UHGV virus genome: UHGV-1364187
Length of the DNA stretch: 64,000 bases
From: a virus
Direction: 5' to 3' (one strand)
Position numbers and translations under genes: made by a program. How positions within the stretch are numbered: position 1 is the first letter of the stretch; each line of letters opens with the position of its first letter. The notes beneath the pieces were generated by a model. That model was not told the DNA's origin and did no database searches. It saw only the letters and a program-made list of their open reading frames with translations. This document shows, piece by piece, positions 18,480-28,083 of this stretch.

Positions 18480-18788
18480 TTATCTTTTGCAACATGTTTT
18501 TTTTGGAATATATTTGTATAATATATTATCGTCATCAAGATAATCTAACGTGTTTGACATTAAATTATATCTATCATTTCCTACTGGTTCTTTTGTGATA
18601 GCTATAATAGGTCTATAATATTTATTCTTTGTGTATGCATAAACATTTTCAATTTCTGTTTCTACAAATTCGATACACTTATTAATAAATCCTTCCTTAT
18701 CTTTAATACTTTTTAAATCTTTAATAATTTGCATTGTTAATTCTTTGTTTTCCATAATAAAACATCTCCTTCTAATAATATTATTCAC
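18480..18788 (-). CDS. Hypothetical protein, 102 aa
   Basis: Conserved cassette upstream at 18773-18808. Confidence 0.45.
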   Translation of the reverse strand: MNNIIRRRCFIMENKELTMQIIKDLKSIKDKEGFINKCIEFVETEIENVYAYTKNKYYRPIIAITKEPVGNDRYNLMSNTLDYLDDDNILYKYIPKKTCCKR

Positions 18789-18840
18789 TTATATAATATA
18801 TAATTAAATTTTTTTTTAATCATATATTATTGTAGTGACT

Positions 18841-18925
18841 ATATTAAAGTTTTATTAAACTTCTAACAAGAAAGTAAGGGGCTTTTAAAGGCGTTGACCA
18901 AGAACCCTTAAAAGGTAGATAAGGG
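18841..18925 (+). repeat. 85-bp element containing TTGACC and a TAAGGG/CCCTTA dyad (copy A). An inverted copy lies at 60725..60808.
   Basis: The sequence tttattaaacttctaacaagaaagtaaggggcttttaaaggcgttgaccaagaacccttaaaaggtagataag is about 90% identical to the reverse complement of 60725-60808. Confidence 0.7.
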
Positions 18926-18980
18926 AAGAACAAAGATAAGACTTTAATACAAATACAGATATATAAAAGGAGATAATAAC

Positions 18981-19586
18981 ATGATTAAAAAATTCAAACA
19001 GCAATTACAATTTATGAAGTTAACAAAATTTCTACGTTCCAAAGACATATCAATCTCTAAAAATTCAAATAATGAATATACACTTAAAGATGATACAATT
19101 GTCTTTGGGACATTTACTAAACAACAATTAATGAACGAATTTTACAAAACAATGACAGATTTAAATATGAATAAATCTTTAACCAAAAATATTTCAATAA
19201 CAAATGTATACTTTTATAAACATCTTGAAGTTTTCTTAAAGATATTTAAGTTTGAAATATTATATTCATTATCAGAATCTTCATCAATTCACAAAGCTTA
19301 TTATAATGATGAAGAAATAACTTTTACACAACTTAATGATTGTGTTGGGATATGTAGTAAAGATAGTAAAATAATTGTATTATATAAATACAATGATGAT
19401 AATGGATTTGAACCATATATGTCTGAAGATAATATAATTCCACAACAGGTTAGTAATCTTACGAAATATTATATAAATCAGATTATTATTAGAACATTGA
19501 TAAATACTCTTAAAGAAAATGGTATTGCTATTTATAGCAATACTACATTATTCAAATACAATAATAAAATTATAGAGTTACAATAA
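18981..19586 (+). CDS. Hypothetical protein, 201 aa
   Basis: First gene of a plus-strand operon downstream of the 85-bp repeat element. RBS aaaaggaga. Confidence 0.5.
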   Translation: MIKKFKQQLQFMKLTKFLRSKDISISKNSNNEYTLKDDTIVFGTFTKQQLMNEFYKTMTDLNMNKSLTKNISITNVYFYKHLEVFLKIFKFEILYSLSESSSIHKAYYNDEEITFTQLNDCVGICSKDSKIIVLYKYNDDNGFEPYMSEDNIIPQQVSNLTKYYINQIIIRTLINTLKENGIAIYSNTTLFKYNNKIIELQ

Positions 19587-19626
19587 ACGTAACTCTATAA
19601 TAAATTTTAAAAGGAGGAAAAAGTTT

Positions 19627-20262
19627 ATGAATAAACCAGGTTTAAAAGATATTATCGATTATATTAAAAGTAGTGGTATTACTGAATGTGAAAGTACAGA
19701 TTGTGGTGATTGCCCATTCAATGTGCATTCACCAGAATCGAAAGAATTTATTGGAAATCCAAACATTTGTGTACTTCTTAATGAAGTAGCAAAGACTACA
19801 GAATCAAAAGAAACTATTATTGAATATACTGATAAATCATTACTTACTCATATCAATGGGGAAGAATGTTTATTAGTTCCAGTTGGAACTGATGGTCTCA
19901 TAGATTCACATTTATGGAGAATTATTGGAATACTATTTGAAGAAGAATATTCAATTGTAAGAAAAGGAATAGATGAAGGTACTTTTGTTTTAGGAAGTTT
20001 TGCTAAATATGATAAGACATATAGATGTGAAAATTTCACATTATGTTTTATAGTAGTAAAAGATAAATCTATGTATAACGATAGTGGTACAACTAATCGT
20101 AGTGATGTATTAGAAAATGCATTATATAATGTAAGAAAATCTATACATTCTACTAAATTTTTAATCCCATATGACATCGGATGTAGATTAGATTTTGAAA
20201 CAGTGTTAACGATAATAAACGAACAACTACATGGTTGTACTGTTATCATTGATAATAAATAA
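19627..20262 (+). CDS. Macro-domain-like protein with an N-terminal cysteine-rich extension
   Basis: LLVPVGTDGLIDSHLWRIIG resembles the macro N-terminal diphosphate-binding stretch. FLIPYDIGCRLDFETV resembles the macro C-terminal motif (.FPAISTGvYG.P). Confidence 0.35.
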   Translation: MNKPGLKDIIDYIKSSGITECESTDCGDCPFNVHSPESKEFIGNPNICVLLNEVAKTTESKETIIEYTDKSLLTHINGEECLLVPVGTDGLIDSHLWRIIGILFEEEYSIVRKGIDEGTFVLGSFAKYDKTYRCENFTLCFIVVKDKSMYNDSGTTNRSDVLENALYNVRKSIHSTKFLIPYDIGCRLDFETVLTIINEQLHGCTVIIDNK

Positions 20263-20283
20263 AATGAAAGGTAGGTAATTAGT

Positions 20284-20763
20284 ATGATCACAGAAGTTAA
20301 AGGAAATATTTTCAATTTTATCAAAGAAGGAGATTATTTAATTCAGCAAGTAAATACAGAAGGAGTAATGAGAAGAGGAATAGCTAAACAAATTAAAGAA
20401 TTATTTCCAGATGTAAATGAAAGATATGAAACATTTGTTAGATTTTCTAACAAGTTTAATCTGTTAGGAGCATGTCAAACATTAGACACAAAATATAAAG
20501 GTGTAAATCTTAATATATGCAATTGTTTTGCACAAGATTTACATACTTATTATGATGGACATTTAACAAATTATGAAGCTTTAGAACAATCATTGAAAAT
20601 TGCATTATGGAGTTCTAGAAGCACAACAAGATTTTTACTTCCAAAGAATATTGGATGTGGAATTGGTGGAGGAGATTGGAAAGTAGTATATAATATTATT
20701 GAAAGAGTATTTGTTAATAGAGAAGTTCTTATTGTAGATTATGACGGTTCAGAACTTATATAA
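20284..20763 (+). CDS. Macro-domain-like protein (ADP-ribose binding/hydrolase fold)
   Basis: VKGNIFNF..YLIQQVNTEGVMRRGIAKQI matches V.GDIT...DVIVNAAN..L.GGGGVdgAI. FLLPKNIGCGIGGGDW matches vAFPaIstGvyGyP. The length, 159 aa, fits a single macro domain. Confidence 0.45.
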   Translation: MITEVKGNIFNFIKEGDYLIQQVNTEGVMRRGIAKQIKELFPDVNERYETFVRFSNKFNLLGACQTLDTKYKGVNLNICNCFAQDLHTYYDGHLTNYEALEQSLKIALWSSRSTTRFLLPKNIGCGIGGGDWKVVYNIIERVFVNREVLIVDYDGSELI

Positions 20764-21000
20764 TTAAAACTTATTAGGAGATGATTAACCAATAAGGAGG
20801 AATTTATTATGAGAAGTAAAGAAGAGATTCAAAAGAATATACATGATGCACATGTTGCATATAAGAAAGTAAGAAAAGATTTATTAAATAGTGTGTCTAT
20901 CACGTATAATAGTACAACTGGAGACACATCTTGTTATGTTTCAAGTATAGAATAGTAACCTTATTTCATACAGTAAATACAGTTGATGAAGCTGTGGAAA

Positions 21001-21356
21001 TGTATAATAGAATTTATGAGATTTGTAAAGACGAAACATACTATATTGATTATTTACAATTTGCAGCATTTAAAATAGTTACAACTGGTGAAATTGATGT
21101 ATCTGTATTATTGCATCATATGTATAATGATGCTAGATATACATTACGTTCAGAAATATATGGCTCTGAGGAATATGAATCATATGTGATTATTAATACA
21201 GGGGAATATGTATATTATAGCGATAAATATGGATATGGGCTTAGAAATAAATATGGAAATCCATATAGTAATGTGTATACTAACTTAAATTCTATCAATG
21301 CAATGCACATATTCAATATATTTAATATGCAGACATATGAAGGTGAGAATTTATGA
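21001..21356 (+). CDS. Hypothetical protein. The start is ambiguous: the track uses TTG at 20931, and a 48-codon ORF at 20810-20955 with a strong RBS precedes it.
   Basis: The ORF is clear but start choice is uncertain. Confidence 0.35.
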
Positions 21357-21709
21357 TAAAACGACTCATAGAATGGATAGTAAAACGATTCAAATATGCC
21401 AACAAAGTAGACCTTATTAAAGGTCTACTTGATGGTATAGATGATGAAGATATAAACAATATTTATAAAGTCTTAGACGGAAGACTCAATCCTGTATTAG
21501 TATCAGATAAGAATTGTAGTTATAAAACTATATCCTTATCTGATACTATAAATAATACGATTCTTATTATCATTCAAGATAATAAGATTATTGCATTTAG
21601 TGAATTCCATATTACTTTTAGTAATGGTTGGAGAACATATGCTATTATTAATGGTCAAGAACAAGAAATTGTTGAAGATGACCATACTAAAATATATCTA
21701 TTAATGTAA
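21353..21709 (+). CDS. Hypothetical protein, 118 aa
   Basis: ATGA overlap with the upstream gene. Confidence 0.45.
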   Translation: MIKRLIEWIVKRFKYANKVDLIKGLLDGIDDEDINNIYKVLDGRLNPVLVSDKNCSYKTISLSDTINNTILIIIQDNKIIAFSEFHITFSNGWRTYAIINGQEQEIVEDDHTKIYLLM

Positions 21710-21721
21710 AGGAGTTGTTAT

Positions 21722-22099
21722 ATGGATAGAGAAGATATAAGTAAAGTATTAGAATATTGCTCTAATAATTACAATAAAATCAAAAAAGTTCCATTATATA
21801 TAAGAAGTGGCAGCTTTTTAGAATTAGATGATAAAAAAATCTATATATGTAATGTGTGTAAAAATGATTTAGAGAACATGTCATCTGCATTATCAAAATA
21901 TCATCTCTCAATATATGGAGAATTTAAAGGTGATTTAAGATATAACTATATCGTAATTTCTAACAGATTTAATATACTTAAGATGAAAATTAGTAATCTT
22001 ATAATTAATCTAATATTCATACTTATAATTCTAATAATACTCGGTGTATTTCTAGCACCAGATATTATAAGATATATATTTATTATAAAACACTTATAA
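21722..22099 (+). CDS. Small tail-anchored membrane protein
   Basis: C-terminal hydrophobic helix LIINLIFILIILIILGVFL. Confidence 0.45.
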   Translation: MDREDISKVLEYCSNNYNKIKKVPLYIRSGSFLELDDKKIYICNVCKNDLENMSSALSKYHLSIYGEFKGDLRYNYIVISNRFNILKMKISNLIINLIFILIILIILGVFLAPDIIRYIFIIKHL

Positions 22100-22110
22100 A
22101 AAAGGAGAGA

Positions 22111-22545
22111 TTGATTATGAAAACAAACAAAGAATATATGGAAATGGCTATTAAAGCTTCACAAAATAGTAACGATGAACACACTAAAGTCGGATGTATT
22201 ATTGTATCAAAAGAAGGATATATTGTATCTAGAGGTCATAATCGTATCATTAAAGATACACTACCAAAAGGTAGAGATGGAGAATGGTTAAATACAAAAT
22301 ATCCATATGTACTTCATAGTGAAATCGATGCTTTAAATAAAGTTTATCATAGAAATTTATTAGAATGTGCAAGTATTTACGTGACACTATTCCCATGTAA
22401 TAATTGTATGCTTGCTTTAGCAAATGCTGGGATTAAGAAAGTGTATTATATGTGTGATAAATATGCAGATAAAGACTTTACAATTGCAGCTAAGATTATT
22501 GCTAAAGAATGCGGTATAGAATTAGAACAAGTGGAGGTGGAATGA
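22111..22545 (+). CDS. dCMP/cytidine deaminase, zinc-dependent
   Basis: The HSEIDAL and PCNNC motifs (H.E ... PC..C) define the cytidine/deoxycytidylate deaminase zinc site. Confidence 0.85.
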   Translation: MIMKTNKEYMEMAIKASQNSNDEHTKVGCIIVSKEGYIVSRGHNRIIKDTLPKGRDGEWLNTKYPYVLHSEIDALNKVYHRNLLECASIYVTLFPCNNCMLALANAGIKKVYYMCDKYADKDFTIAAKIIAKECGIELEQVEVE

Positions 22546-22887
22546 ATGAATTCACCACATCAATCAAATTTGAAAAGATTTATTAGTTTAACAAAACAAT
22601 TGTACATCAATGATGGTTCTATTGATATCCTTATTAATCCAGATCTTTATTCAGAAAGATATGGTATGGCATGCAGATTTCTTAAGAATGATTATCATTA
22701 TATAAAAGATACACTTGAACAAGAAAAGATTAAGATCATTGAATGTAAAGATGGATTGTTTAGAGTAGTTGATAATAGGACTTATAAGATTAAGAAAGCA
22801 TTTAAATGTGTGAGTATATCTTTATTGTCTATACTTATAATTATATTGATTGTATTACAGTTTCATATTTTAGATATATTCATTTAA
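22546..22887 (+). CDS. Small tail-anchored membrane protein
   Basis: C-terminal TM helix ISLLSILIIILIVLQF. The start overlaps the deaminase stop (ATGAATGA). Confidence 0.45.
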   Translation: MNSPHQSNLKRFISLTKQLYINDGSIDILINPDLYSERYGMACRFLKNDYHYIKDTLEQEKIKIIECKDGLFRVVDNRTYKIKKAFKCVSISLLSILIIILIVLQFHILDIFI

Positions 22888-22899
22888 GGAGGTATATTA

Positions 22900-23160
22900 A
22901 TGGATAAATACAAAACTATTATTGACGATATTATTATGGGAATGGATGGTAATAATCATATTTATTATGATTGTACAGTAGAAATGGAAGATGATGAATT
23001 CTTTAAAGAATTACAATTAAGACTACATAATGAGGGATTTGTAATTTCAAGAAACAAAAAGATAGGTGTATGTTTTGTAACACGTAGAACTACATTATTT
23101 GATTGGTTTTTAATATTGATAATAATAATTCTAATAGCGTATATAGCATTACATATGTAA
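22900..23160 (+). CDS. Small tail-anchored membrane protein
   Basis: C-terminal TM helix LFDWFLILIIIILIAYIAL. Followed by terminator 23161-23192. Confidence 0.45.
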   Translation: MDKYKTIIDDIIMGMDGNNHIYYDCTVEMEDDEFFKELQLRLHNEGFVISRNKKIGVCFVTRRTTLFDWFLILIIIILIAYIALHM

Positions 23161-23192
23161 AGAGAGACTATAAGTCTCTCTTTATTTTTTGC
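23161..23192 (+). terminator. Intrinsic terminator after the membrane-protein/deaminase operon
   Basis: agagagactataagtctctctttatttttt. Confidence 0.7.
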
Positions 23193-23265
23193 GATTATAC
23201 GTAAATGGAAGAATTATTAATGTTAACTTCTATGTAATAATTTACATAGAAAGGAGACGTAGAAA

Positions 23266-25422
23266 ATGGTTCAACAACAATTTACGTATCAACAGAAAGT
23301 ATACTATGATACTTCTACAACTAATGCATCATTTATACGGATGCATTATTATTTAAAACAATCTGGTAGAACAAATAATATGTTTATGCTGTCTATATTT
23401 GATCCAGATCTTATAGGTATTAATCCTAGAGATCCAAGATTAAATAAGATTATGAAACTTAAAATTTTTAAAGAAGTTAAAGTAAATTTCTGGTATTTCA
23501 TAAGAGAAGTTATTAGGATACCTGACCAAGGTGGTGCTATAGGTAGCGGTAAACAATATGAACTTCATCGTGGAAATATGGCTATGAACTTTGGATTTAT
23601 ACTTAACTGGTGTATGTTTGTAGAGTTTCCTCGACAGAATGGTAAAACGATTAGTGCTGTATGTTGGTATTTGTGGTTATTTAATTTCGGAACAACTAAC
23701 TCTGAAATTATGTTTATTAATAAATCATTCTCTGACTCTAAACTTAACCTTGAACGTCTTAAAGATATTAGAGAAGCACTTCCTGATTATCTAAGAATGG
23801 ATCAACCTATTAGAGATAGAGACGGTAAGCTTATTAAACCAGTATCTAGGGTAGAAACATTAGAGCATATTACTAATGGTAATAAAATTAAAACTCTTGC
23901 ATCAGCAACAAGTGAATCTGTTGCTAATACTAGAGGACGTGGATGTACTCAACCTTGTCAATGGTATGATGAACATGCATTCATACCTCATGTTGATTTA
24001 GTATATAAATCAGCTACGCCTGCATACAAAACAGCATCTCAAAATGCTCGTACTAATGGTAAAAACTATGGTATTCTTATTACAACAACACCTGGTGATT
24101 TGACAACTAAATCTGGTAAAGCATCTAATGCTGTTAGATTAGCAGCTACTCCATTTAATGAGAAATTCTACGATTTACCATTAAATGAATTACAAGAGAT
24201 TATTTCAAGAAATACAGATTCTCCATTTGTATATATTAGATACACATATCAACAACTTGGTAGAGGAGAAGATTGGTTTAGAGAAATTTGTATTCTTATG
24301 CAAAAAGACTGGAGTGCTATTAGACGTGAAGTATTACTTGAATGGTCTACTGCATCTGATAATTCTCCATTTACAAAAGAAGATTTAAATAAAGTAAAAC
24401 AATGGATAGTTCAAGAACCTATTCATACTATGATGATTAGAGGATTCTTTGTAAATATTTATTCTCAAATGGATCCAAGTGTATCCATGTTCCAATATCC
24501 ACCATTAATAGGTGTCGATGTATCTGGTGGATATCAACGAGATTCATCTGCTATTACTATAGTAGATTCAAAAGATACAAAAGTAGTAGGAGATTTAAAT
24601 TATAACTATATTAAACAAGACGATTTAGCTGCAGTTATATATGATCTAGTTACGCTTTATATGCCAACTGCAATTGTAAACATTGAACGAAATGGTGGAT
24701 TTGGTGCTTCTGTATTATCTAAACTTGTAAAAACTAAGATTAAACGAAATTTATATTATGAGATTAAAGATAGAGTAATAGAAGAACGTGTAGTTAATGG
24801 ATCTGTAAATAAAATTAAAAAGAAAGTGAAATGTTATGGATTCGATAATACTAAGAATAGTCGTAATAGATTGATGGATATTCTTAGAAACAGAATGGAT
24901 AATCATAAAGATAAGTTTATATCTCCTATTATATATAGAGAACTGGAAGGACTTATTGTAACAAAAGATGGAAGAATAGATCACTCTACAGAAACTCATG
25001 ATGACCAAGTATTTTCTTATCTATTAGCACTATATATGTGGTATGATGGTAAGAGTATGAAAGAAACTTGGGGATTAGACAAGAGAGAATTATTAACAGA
25101 TGAAGAAAGTGATGAAGTTATTAATGATATTAGTGAAAAAGAATATAATATCATGAAAGAACTAGGTCTAGTTGATAATGAAGTTGTTAAATCTCAATTG
25201 GATAAACTCGATAAGTCTATAACATATGAACAATATAGACAGAAAGAATATGAAGAAGATCAAAAAGCTTTACAACAACTCATTAGAACAAATCCAAGAG
25301 CATTACAAGAATATGCAAGATTAAATGCATTAGATCCAGAAGAATTAAAGATACAAACTAATACTGGAGTATTTGTTGTGCCAGCATCTGTATATGATAT
25401 GAGTCATATAGATGATGAATAA
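23266..25422 (+). CDS. Terminase large subunit
   Basis: N-terminal ATPase P-loop in VEFPRQNGKTISAVCW. C-terminal nuclease motif VDVSGGYQRDSSAITIV. 718 aa, with RBS aaaggagacg. Confidence 0.8.
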   Translation: MVQQQFTYQQKVYYDTSTTNASFIRMHYYLKQSGRTNNMFMLSIFDPDLIGINPRDPRLNKIMKLKIFKEVKVNFWYFIREVIRIPDQGGAIGSGKQYELHRGNMAMNFGFILNWCMFVEFPRQNGKTISAVCWYLWLFNFGTTNSEIMFINKSFSDSKLNLERLKDIREALPDYLRMDQPIRDRDGKLIKPVSRVETLEHITNGNKIKTLASATSESVANTRGRGCTQPCQWYDEHAFIPHVDLVYKSATPAYKTASQNARTNGKNYGILITTTPGDLTTKSGKASNAVRLAATPFNEKFYDLPLNELQEIISRNTDSPFVYIRYTYQQLGRGEDWFREICILMQKDWSAIRREVLLEWSTASDNSPFTKEDLNKVKQWIVQEPIHTMMIRGFFVNIYSQMDPSVSMFQYPPLIGVDVSGGYQRDSSAITIVDSKDTKVVGDLNYNYIKQDDLAAVIYDLVTLYMPTAIVNIERNGGFGASVLSKLVKTKIKRNLYYEIKDRVIEERVVNGSVNKIKKKVKCYGFDNTKNSRNRLMDILRNRMDNHKDKFISPIIYRELEGLIVTKDGRIDHSTETHDDQVFSYLLALYMWYDGKSMKETWGLDKRELLTDEESDEVINDISEKEYNIMKELGLVDNEVVKSQLDKLDKSITYEQYRQKEYEEDQKALQQLIRTNPRALQEYARLNALDPEELKIQTNTGVFVVPASVYDMSHIDDE

Positions 25423-25511
25423 AAGACTAGCTAAGCTAGTCTTTTATTTTTACGTTTTTAATACATATAGAACTTATACATAATCAAATTATAAAATATG
25501 GAGGGATTTTT

Positions 25512-26144
25512 ATGAAAGAATATATATATGGTAATACATGGAAAGAATTAGAGATGATGTTACCAAAAAATGAAAGTTATTATATCATGTTGTATTATAT
25601 GAAGCATCATAAGAATTATAGTATATACATTATGAATGATAATATAGAAGCTCATATATCATATAATAAAGAAGATACAATATATGATAATGCTAAGATT
25701 TTGATGTGGATATGTGATTTATTTAATATAAAATCTATAGGTATATTTGATGAAGATAAGAGTAATCTTGAAAAATTTATAAATGATCTTAATGACAACA
25801 CAAGAAAACTTATATATAAGACTGAAGAAAGTTTTAATATAAATTTCAAGAAAGAAACATTTGTTCATTATTCTATTAGTAAAGATAGTAGTTTTTCTAA
25901 CTATGAGAATACTGTTGATTATATATACAGTAAATTGAAATCGGAATGTAAAGATACAGAACCAAAACATAATCTTGATTTGAAAACGATTCTTAACAAT
26001 CCAACATTAGTTGACACATTATGTGATGAAGATAAAGAAAATATTGTTGATGAAATCTTATGTAATGCTAAATATTTAGCTTACTGGATAGAAGAATCAC
26101 ATCCTATATTAGAAGAAGTTATAGAAAAACTTAAGGAGGATTAG
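25512..26144 (+). CDS. Hypothetical protein, 210 aa
   Basis: ORF with RBS tggaggg. Confidence 0.45.
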   Translation: MKEYIYGNTWKELEMMLPKNESYYIMLYYMKHHKNYSIYIMNDNIEAHISYNKEDTIYDNAKILMWICDLFNIKSIGIFDEDKSNLEKFINDLNDNTRKLIYKTEESFNINFKKETFVHYSISKDSSFSNYENTVDYIYSKLKSECKDTEPKHNLDLKTILNNPTLVDTLCDEDKENIVDEILCNAKYLAYWIEESHPILEEVIEKLKED

Positions 26145-26146
26145 TT

Positions 26147-27229
26147 ATGAAATATGATATGGATTATATGAAGATTAGAAAACTATTAGAAGAAGGAAAG
26201 AAATATATATTTTCTATCACATACAATAAAACAGACTATAGTTGTACTATATTAGGAATGGATAAAAGTGTAGTTGTATCTTTCATTAATGAATCATTTA
26301 AATATGGTGTAACCAAGATGCTTACCGAATGTAAACAGTATATAAGACTTATAGTACTTAATCCAAGTGAATATTCATTAGCTTTATATAAAGCTATTAA
26401 TGAGATGAGTACATTAAAAGATCTTCTTGTATCTGATTCTATTATGGAATCAGTATACGGTAGTTTAGTTATAGATAGAATATCATTAACTAAAAAAGAT
26501 TTAGAATACACTAAAGAAAAATCTATAAACAAAGATTATATATCTTATAAAGAGTTATCAGAAAAGAGTAAAAAAGGGTATAAATACTATGACACTAATA
26601 CTGATGATAAATTGTCAAATAATTTTAAATCTAAAGGTGTTTTAAATTATGAATTACATCAAGTCATTTATGATAAAACACTATTAGAAACATATGACTT
26701 AGAAAGATCTATAGAAGAGTGTAAAAAGAATGTATTTTATTTCTTTAAACGTGTTCTTAAACATGACCTAACGGAATATGAAGTATTACTATTATTTTTA
26801 TATTCATTAGACTTTTCAATTACTGTACATGAATATGATAACATGATATCACGAGATATAAATAATCTAATATCAAATCTTATGATATATGATCATTTAT
26901 TTGGAAATAATAATTTATATGGAATATCATATTCAAATCTAACCGACAATTGTGTAAGTATTATACCTACTATATCAAAATATGTAAAAGATATTAGCAA
27001 ACTCAAAGAGTATATTTCAAAGTATACTTTGAAATATGAATGGCATAATTATACGGCTAAATTAAAATTTGATCAATCTATGAAAATAGAGAAATATATT
27101 ATGAATCATCACCTTGTTAAGAATAAATGTATGAAGTATAAGATTGAACAATTATATGGACTATTTGATGTTCCATATGATGAAATATTAAAACTATTTC
27201 CTAATAAGGAAATCTATATAACAATATAG
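26147..27229 (+). CDS. Hypothetical protein, 360 aa
   Basis: ORF with RBS aaggagga. Confidence 0.5.
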   Translation: MKYDMDYMKIRKLLEEGKKYIFSITYNKTDYSCTILGMDKSVVVSFINESFKYGVTKMLTECKQYIRLIVLNPSEYSLALYKAINEMSTLKDLLVSDSIMESVYGSLVIDRISLTKKDLEYTKEKSINKDYISYKELSEKSKKGYKYYDTNTDDKLSNNFKSKGVLNYELHQVIYDKTLLETYDLERSIEECKKNVFYFFKRVLKHDLTEYEVLLLFLYSLDFSITVHEYDNMISRDINNLISNLMIYDHLFGNNNLYGISYSNLTDNCVSIIPTISKYVKDISKLKEYISKYTLKYEWHNYTAKLKFDQSMKIEKYIMNHHLVKNKCMKYKIEQLYGLFDVPYDEILKLFPNKEIYITI

Positions 27230-27313
27230 AAGAGGTATATTACCTCTTCTATTTATTTTTTATCTTATCCTTAACTTAATTATAATTGAAAACTTATAAA
27301 GGAGGAATATATA

Positions 27314-28063
27314 ATGTCATTTGCAACTCAAAATATGAGTAATTATACTATTCATCAAGAAAATGAAGCATTAAAAGTTGTATCTCATTTGAATGAGATG
27401 TCAATTATTGATATTGTAAAACAAGATTTTATGCAAAGATATGATTTTAGTTTAGTATTACCTATTAATAATTTGCCTTCTATTATTGAACAAACTTTCA
27501 AACAAACAGAAGATACTTATCCAGAAAGTGTTCAAGATTTAGAAAATAGAAAAAATGAATTGTATAGAGTGATATTAGATAATGTTGCTCAATTATGTAA
27601 TGTAGTATTTGATGAAGTTGATGATTCATCATTATATTCATTTACATATTACGCTTATGATTTTCTTATTAGTAACTTCAAACCATATCTTATTTCTTTC
27701 TTTACTAATTTTATCATAAAAGAAAAGAATAATATCTATATTAATATGAACTTATCTATGTATAAGAAAGAAAAGAACTCTTCTACTAAATATGGAAAAT
27801 CTATGTATACTAATACTAAATTAGCTATCATTTCGGCTTATTTAGATTTGGTAATAAACAATATGAGTACATTTGATATTGATTTGGAAACTATACTGTC
27901 TAATGTATATCCAAACAATTCGATCATTACATTATTAGGAAATATACATCCTATTAATAATTTTTACACAGATAATTATATTTCATTAGTGAATACTCCA
28001 TTATTAAGACAATCTATTGTATCTAATATTAGATTTGCCTTACATAATGCTGCTATTAACTAA
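27314..28063 (+). CDS. Hypothetical protein, 249 aa
   Basis: ORF with RBS aaaggagga. Confidence 0.5.
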   Translation: MSFATQNMSNYTIHQENEALKVVSHLNEMSIIDIVKQDFMQRYDFSLVLPINNLPSIIEQTFKQTEDTYPESVQDLENRKNELYRVILDNVAQLCNVVFDEVDDSSLYSFTYYAYDFLISNFKPYLISFFTNFIIKEKNNIYINMNLSMYKKEKNSSTKYGKSMYTNTKLAIISAYLDLVINNMSTFDIDLETILSNVYPNNSIITLLGNIHPINNFYTDNYISLVNTPLLRQSIVSNIRFALHNAAIN

Positions 28064-28083
28064 CTTTTTAGGAGGACATTAAT

